Assembly (NCBI GenBank): GCA_964477805.1
Contig: CAYZEK010000001.1
Coordinates: 53,510 to 111,605 of the forward strand
From: an uncultured Candidatus Saccharibacteria bacterium
GTDB taxonomy: Bacteria; Patescibacteriota; Doudnabacteria; UBA920
Reading direction: 5' to 3'
Length of the DNA: 58,096 nucleotides
Part shown: positions 54,085 through 58,096 of the stretch, piece after piece
Position numbering within the stretch: position 1 is the first letter of the stretch
Layout: each line of letters begins with the position of its first letter
Position numbers and translations under genes: made by a program
The notes under the pieces: generated by a model
What the model was told of the DNA's origin: nothing
Seen by the model: only the letters and a program-made list of their open reading frames with translations
The model's database searches: none

Positions 54085-57000
54085 ATGATAACTCAAACTG
54101 AAGAATTCAAAGGCGTAAAAATCAAACTAGCTTCTCCAGAGACTATTTTAGAATGGTCTTACGGCGAGGTGACCAAGCCCGAGACAATCAACTATCGTAC
54201 ACAGCGTCCGGAAAAAGATGGTTTGTTTGATGAAAAGATTTTTGGACCGATTAAGGACTGGGAATGTTATTGCGGTAAATATAAGCGCATTCGTTATAAA
54301 AATATTGTTTGTGATAAATGTGGTGTTGAGGTAACAAAATCTAGTGTTCGTCGTGAACGAATGGGTCACATTACCTTAGCGGTGCCAGTTGCTCATATTT
54401 GGTTCTTGCGCTCAGTGCCAAGTCGTCTTGGCTTGGTGCTTGACTTGGGTGTTCAAGAATTAGAGCGTTGCGTTTATTTCGCAGCTTACATCATCACTTC
54501 GGTTGATGAAGATGCTCGCCAGGCAACTTTGGATCAAATTGAAAGTGAATTCAAAGTTAAGAAAAAAGAGATTGAATCTCGTTACGAAGCAGTAATTGGA
54601 AAGACTCGTTTGGAGATGTCTAAGGACACCAAAACTGATGCTGATGTTCTTGGTGCTAAAATTGATGCCGAAATTACTAAAATCAAAGATTTATGGCAAC
54701 AGGAAGTTGCTGGTTTGGAAAACATTCGCGATCAGGCGCGCTCTGAACTAAAGAGTATCAAGAAATATCAAATTATTTCTGAATTGGCTTATCGTGATCT
54801 TTCTTTAAAGTATGGCCCAGTATTTACTGCTGGTAGTGGAGCGGAAACAGTTAAGGGTCTTCTAGAGGAAATTAATTTGGAAGAATTGGCTCAGGATGTT
54901 GAGGCCCAATTGGCAAATACAGAAGGTCAAGTTGCTAAAAAAATACAACGTCGTTTGAAGTTGATTAAATCTCTAATTAAGTCTGGTCTTCGCCCAGAAT
55001 GGATGATGATAACCCACTTGCCAGTTATTCCTCCAGATTTGCGCCCAATGGTGCAATTGGATGGCGGCCGTTTTGCTGCATCAGATTTAAATGATTTATA
55101 CCGTCGCGTGATAAACCGCAACAATCGCTTAAAGAAACTTTTAGAAATTAAATCTCCAGAAGTCATTACTCGTAACGAAAAGCGTATGTTGCAGGAAGCA
55201 GTGGATGCTTTAATTGATAATTCAGTTCGCCATGGTAAAGAGGTGACTGCTTCAACTGGACAAAAGCGTAAACTCCGTTCCCTTGCCGACATGCTCAAAG
55301 GCAAGCAAGGTCGTTTCCGCCAGAACTTACTTGGAAAGCGTGTAGATTATTCTGGCCGTTCTGTTATTGTGGTGGGTCCAAATTTAAAACTTCACCAATG
55401 TGGCTTACCAAAAGCCATGGCTTTAGAATTGTTTAAACCATTCGTGATTTCTAAATTAATATCTCGTGAGTATGCACATAATGTTCGCTCGGCTAACCGT
55501 TTAATTGAACAGGGCCGTACAGAGGTATGGGATATTTTGGAGGAAGTAACCGAAGGTCACTATGTATTGTTAAACCGCGCTCCTACCCTGCACAGACTTG
55601 GTTTCCAAGCATTCCAACCATTGTTGATTGAAGGTAAGGCAATTCAGCTTCACCCAATGGTTTGTGCTGCGTTTAACGCTGACTTTGACGGTGACCAGAT
55701 GGCTGTACACGTTCCATTAACAGAAGCTGCACAAAAGGAAGCGCGTGAGATCATGGTTTCTTCTCATAATTTGTTAAAGCCAGCCTCAGGCCAACCAGTT
55801 ATGACTCCAGACAAAGATGCTGTAGTGGGTTGTTACTATATTACAAAAATTCGCGAAGGTTTGCTTGGAGAAGGAAAAGTCTTTGTTGATCGCCAAGAAG
55901 CCATCCTTGCTTACAACAATAAACATGTTCATATTCAGGCAAAGATTAAAGTTCGTATGCCTGACGGGGAAATGGTAGAGACTTCTGTTGGTCGGTTGAT
56001 TTTTAATAAAATCGTGCCGTCAGAAATGGGCTTCAGAAATGATGCATTTGATAAGAAGAAACTCCAGTCTTTGGTTCGTGAAGCATACCGTTTGTTTGGA
56101 CCAGAGCGCACTGCTGAGTTGATTGATGAAATTAAGCGAACAGGCTTTTACTACATGAAGCAGTCAGGTTTGTCTTGGGGTATGGATGATTTGCATGTTC
56201 CAGACAATAAATACGAGCTACTTGGCAAAGCAGATGAAGAAGTTCAGTTGGTTCGTGAGCAGTTCTTAGAAGGTTTGCTGACTGAAGAAGAACGATTTGG
56301 TCGCGTAGTAGAAATTTGGGCAGACGCGTCTGAAAAAATAGCAAAAGGCGTTGTCGGGACTGTGACTGAACATTCTAGTGTGAATTACTTTGTATCTTCT
56401 GGCGCTCGTGGATCTTTCTCTCAAATCACTCAAATGTCTGGATTGAAAGGCTTGGTGGTTAACCCAGGTGGTCGTACTATTGAACTTCCTGTTCGTGGAT
56501 CTTTTAAAGAAGGACTTGGAGTACTTGAATATTTCATCTCTACTCACGGTTCTCGAAAAGGTATGTCTGATACAGCACTTCGTACCGCAGATGCTGGTTA
56601 TTTGACTCGTCGTCTGGTAGATGTTGCGCAAGATGTGGTAGTAAATGCAGAAGATTGTGGCACAAAAGATTATGATTTAATTACACTTGCTGAAAGTGAA
56701 GTAATGAATCAATCATTTGAAAACCGTTTATTCGGGCGCGTGGCTGCTGCGGACATTAAATCAGAAGATGGAACGGTGTTTGTGAAGAAGAATCAGGGGA
56801 TTGATGAGTTGATGGCTGGGGAAATTGTGAAAGCTGGAATTACTGAAGTAAAATCTCGCTCGGTGTTGAAGTGTAAGTTAATTCGTGGAATCTGTCAGTT
56901 GTGCTATGGTTATGATCTCGGCTTTAATGCTATGGTTAAAAAAGGTGCAGCTGTCGGAATCGTGGCGGCACAAGCAATCGGTGAGCCGGGTACACAGTTA

Positions 57001-57960
57001 ACAATGCGTACTTTCCACACTGGTGGATCTGCCTCAGTGAGTGACATCACACAAGGTTTGCCTCGTGTAGAAGAGTTGTTTGAAGCGCGTGAACCAAAGG
57101 GTATGGCAACAGTTTCTGAAATCGCTGGAAAAGTTTCTATTAGCATTGCTCCGACTCGTGAACAAATTATTCGTATTGAAGGACAAAATGTTGAATCCCA
57201 AACTTTAACTCTCCCAAGCGGTAAAGAAGCTTTAATTAAGCCTAATACTCATGTTGGTATTGGCGATGCTCTTTTTGAAGACGAAAATGGCACTTTGGTA
57301 AAAGCACAGTCTGCTGGAATCGTTGTTAACGAAAATGGTAATTTGAAATTAATTCATGAGGGTGATGATTTGCGTGAATATATCATCCCACGTGGTTTTT
57401 CTTTAACAGTTAAAGATGGCGACTTAGTATACCCTGGTCAACCATTAACTGAAGGTAGTGTGAATCCAAATCAGGTTCTAGAGTTAATGGGGACAGAGGC
57501 TGCACAAAAATATATTGTTAAAGAGGTACAGGACATCTATGTATCACAAGGACAACAGATCCATGACAAACACGTGGAAGTAATTGCTCGTCAAATGTTC
57601 TCAAAGATGCGCATAACTGATGCGGGTGATTCTGATTTTGCCGTAGGTGACATGATAGATAAATCCAAGTTTGTAGAAAACAATGATCAGTTAGAGTCTG
57701 AAGGTCGCACACCAGCTCAAGCTGAGCAATTGTTAATGGGTATCACTAAAATTTCTCTTTCAACTGAAAGCTTCCTTGCAGCGGCATCTTTCCAGGAAAC
57801 CACTCGCGTGCTTATTGAAGCAGCTGTGACTGGTAAAACTGATTACCTCCGTGGTCTAAAAGAGAATGTGATTATCGGTAAGCTGATTCCGGCAGGGACT
57901 GGATTTACTGAGGAAATTGCCGAGGCTAATCTTAAATCCCAACCTTTACCGATCGCATAA
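54085..57960 (+). CDS. rpoC: DNA-directed RNA polymerase subunit beta'
   Basis: 1291 aa. Zn finger CYCGKYK..CDKCG, catalytic NADFDGDQM, and the bridge helix and trigger loop regions. Confidence 0.97.
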   Translation: MITQTEEFKGVKIKLASPETILEWSYGEVTKPETINYRTQRPEKDGLFDEKIFGPIKDWECYCGKYKRIRYKNIVCDKCGVEVTKSSVRRERMGHITLAVPVAHIWFLRSVPSRLGLVLDLGVQELERCVYFAAYIITSVDEDARQATLDQIESEFKVKKKEIESRYEAVIGKTRLEMSKDTKTDADVLGAKIDAEITKIKDLWQQEVAGLENIRDQARSELKSIKKYQIISELAYRDLSLKYGPVFTAGSGAETVKGLLEEINLEELAQDVEAQLANTEGQVAKKIQRRLKLIKSLIKSGLRPEWMMITHLPVIPPDLRPMVQLDGGRFAASDLNDLYRRVINRNNRLKKLLEIKSPEVITRNEKRMLQEAVDALIDNSVRHGKEVTASTGQKRKLRSLADMLKGKQGRFRQNLLGKRVDYSGRSVIVVGPNLKLHQCGLPKAMALELFKPFVISKLISREYAHNVRSANRLIEQGRTEVWDILEEVTEGHYVLLNRAPTLHRLGFQAFQPLLIEGKAIQLHPMVCAAFNADFDGDQMAVHVPLTEAAQKEAREIMVSSHNLLKPASGQPVMTPDKDAVVGCYYITKIREGLLGEGKVFVDRQEAILAYNNKHVHIQAKIKVRMPDGEMVETSVGRLIFNKIVPSEMGFRNDAFDKKKLQSLVREAYRLFGPERTAELIDEIKRTGFYYMKQSGLSWGMDDLHVPDNKYELLGKADEEVQLVREQFLEGLLTEEERFGRVVEIWADASEKIAKGVVGTVTEHSSVNYFVSSGARGSFSQITQMSGLKGLVVNPGGRTIELPVRGSFKEGLGVLEYFISTHGSRKGMSDTALRTADAGYLTRRLVDVAQDVVVNAEDCGTKDYDLITLAESEVMNQSFENRLFGRVAAADIKSEDGTVFVKKNQGIDELMAGEIVKAGITEVKSRSVLKCKLIRGICQLCYGYDLGFNAMVKKGAAVGIVAAQAIGEPGTQLTMRTFHTGGSASVSDITQGLPRVEELFEAREPKGMATVSEIAGKVSISIAPTREQIIRIEGQNVESQTLTLPSGKEALIKPNTHVGIGDALFEDENGTLVKAQSAGIVVNENGNLKLIHEGDDLREYIIPRGFSLTVKDGDLVYPGQPLTEGSVNPNQVLELMGTEAAQKYIVKEVQDIYVSQGQQIHDKHVEVIARQMFSKMRITDAGDSDFAVGDMIDKSKFVENNDQLESEGRTPAQAEQLLMGITKISLSTESFLAAASFQETTRVLIEAAVTGKTDYLRGLKENVIIGKLIPAGTGFTEEIAEANLKSQPLPIA

Positions 57961-58024
57961 TTTAGCTTCAGAATATTATAATTCTACAGAATTATAGTTG
58001 CAGAAAATATTTTGTAAAATAAAA

Positions 58025-58054
58025 ACACCACTCCCTCAGGGGTGGTGTTTTGTT
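58025..58054 (+). terminator. intrinsic terminator after rpoC
   Basis: ACACCACTCCC-tca-GGGGTGGTGT followed by TTTGTT. Confidence 0.75.
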
Positions 58055-58096
58055 GTGGGTTGTAGGAGTGGTGTAGATTAGAGAAGTAGTGTAATT

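Overview
AT-rich, gene-dense bacterial chromosome segment using the standard genetic code. It spans the replication origin: rpmH-rnpA-yidD-yidC-jag on the minus strand, facing dnaA-dnaN-recF on the plus strand, with DnaA-box clusters on both sides of dnaA. Most of the window is housekeeping: infB, rbfA, gyrA, rpsA, rpsT, tyrS, polA, uvrB, ruvA/B/C, rpoB and rpoC. It also holds cell-envelope genes and nine tRNA genes, all with encoded CCA ends. Shortened proteins (YebC, TsaB, a MurE-like ligase), a DUF5665-like protein, a VanW protein and an orphan PilB ATPase suggest a reduced Patescibacteria/CPR-type genome; this is inference. I saw no CRISPR array, transposase, integrase, rRNA or obvious multi-gene defence or mobile system.

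The observations most worth a second look:
- an 817-aa modular surface protein with six C-terminal GDHFYTT-type repeats;
- at least nine transcription units where a -10 box sits 6-9 nt from the start codon, suggesting leaderless mRNAs;
- ORFs that abut tRNA 3' ends;
- a tRNA-Ile with a UAU anticodon;
- a promoter-to-terminator unit of about 190 nt without an ORF upstream of rpsA;
- a self-contained unit encoding a 37-aa very acidic peptide;
- an orphan small protein with a HEPN-like RNxxAH motif;
- a DHH/DHHA1 paralog with every catalytic motif degenerated, located next to pilB.

All family assignments come from reading the translations by eye and need HMM or BLAST confirmation.
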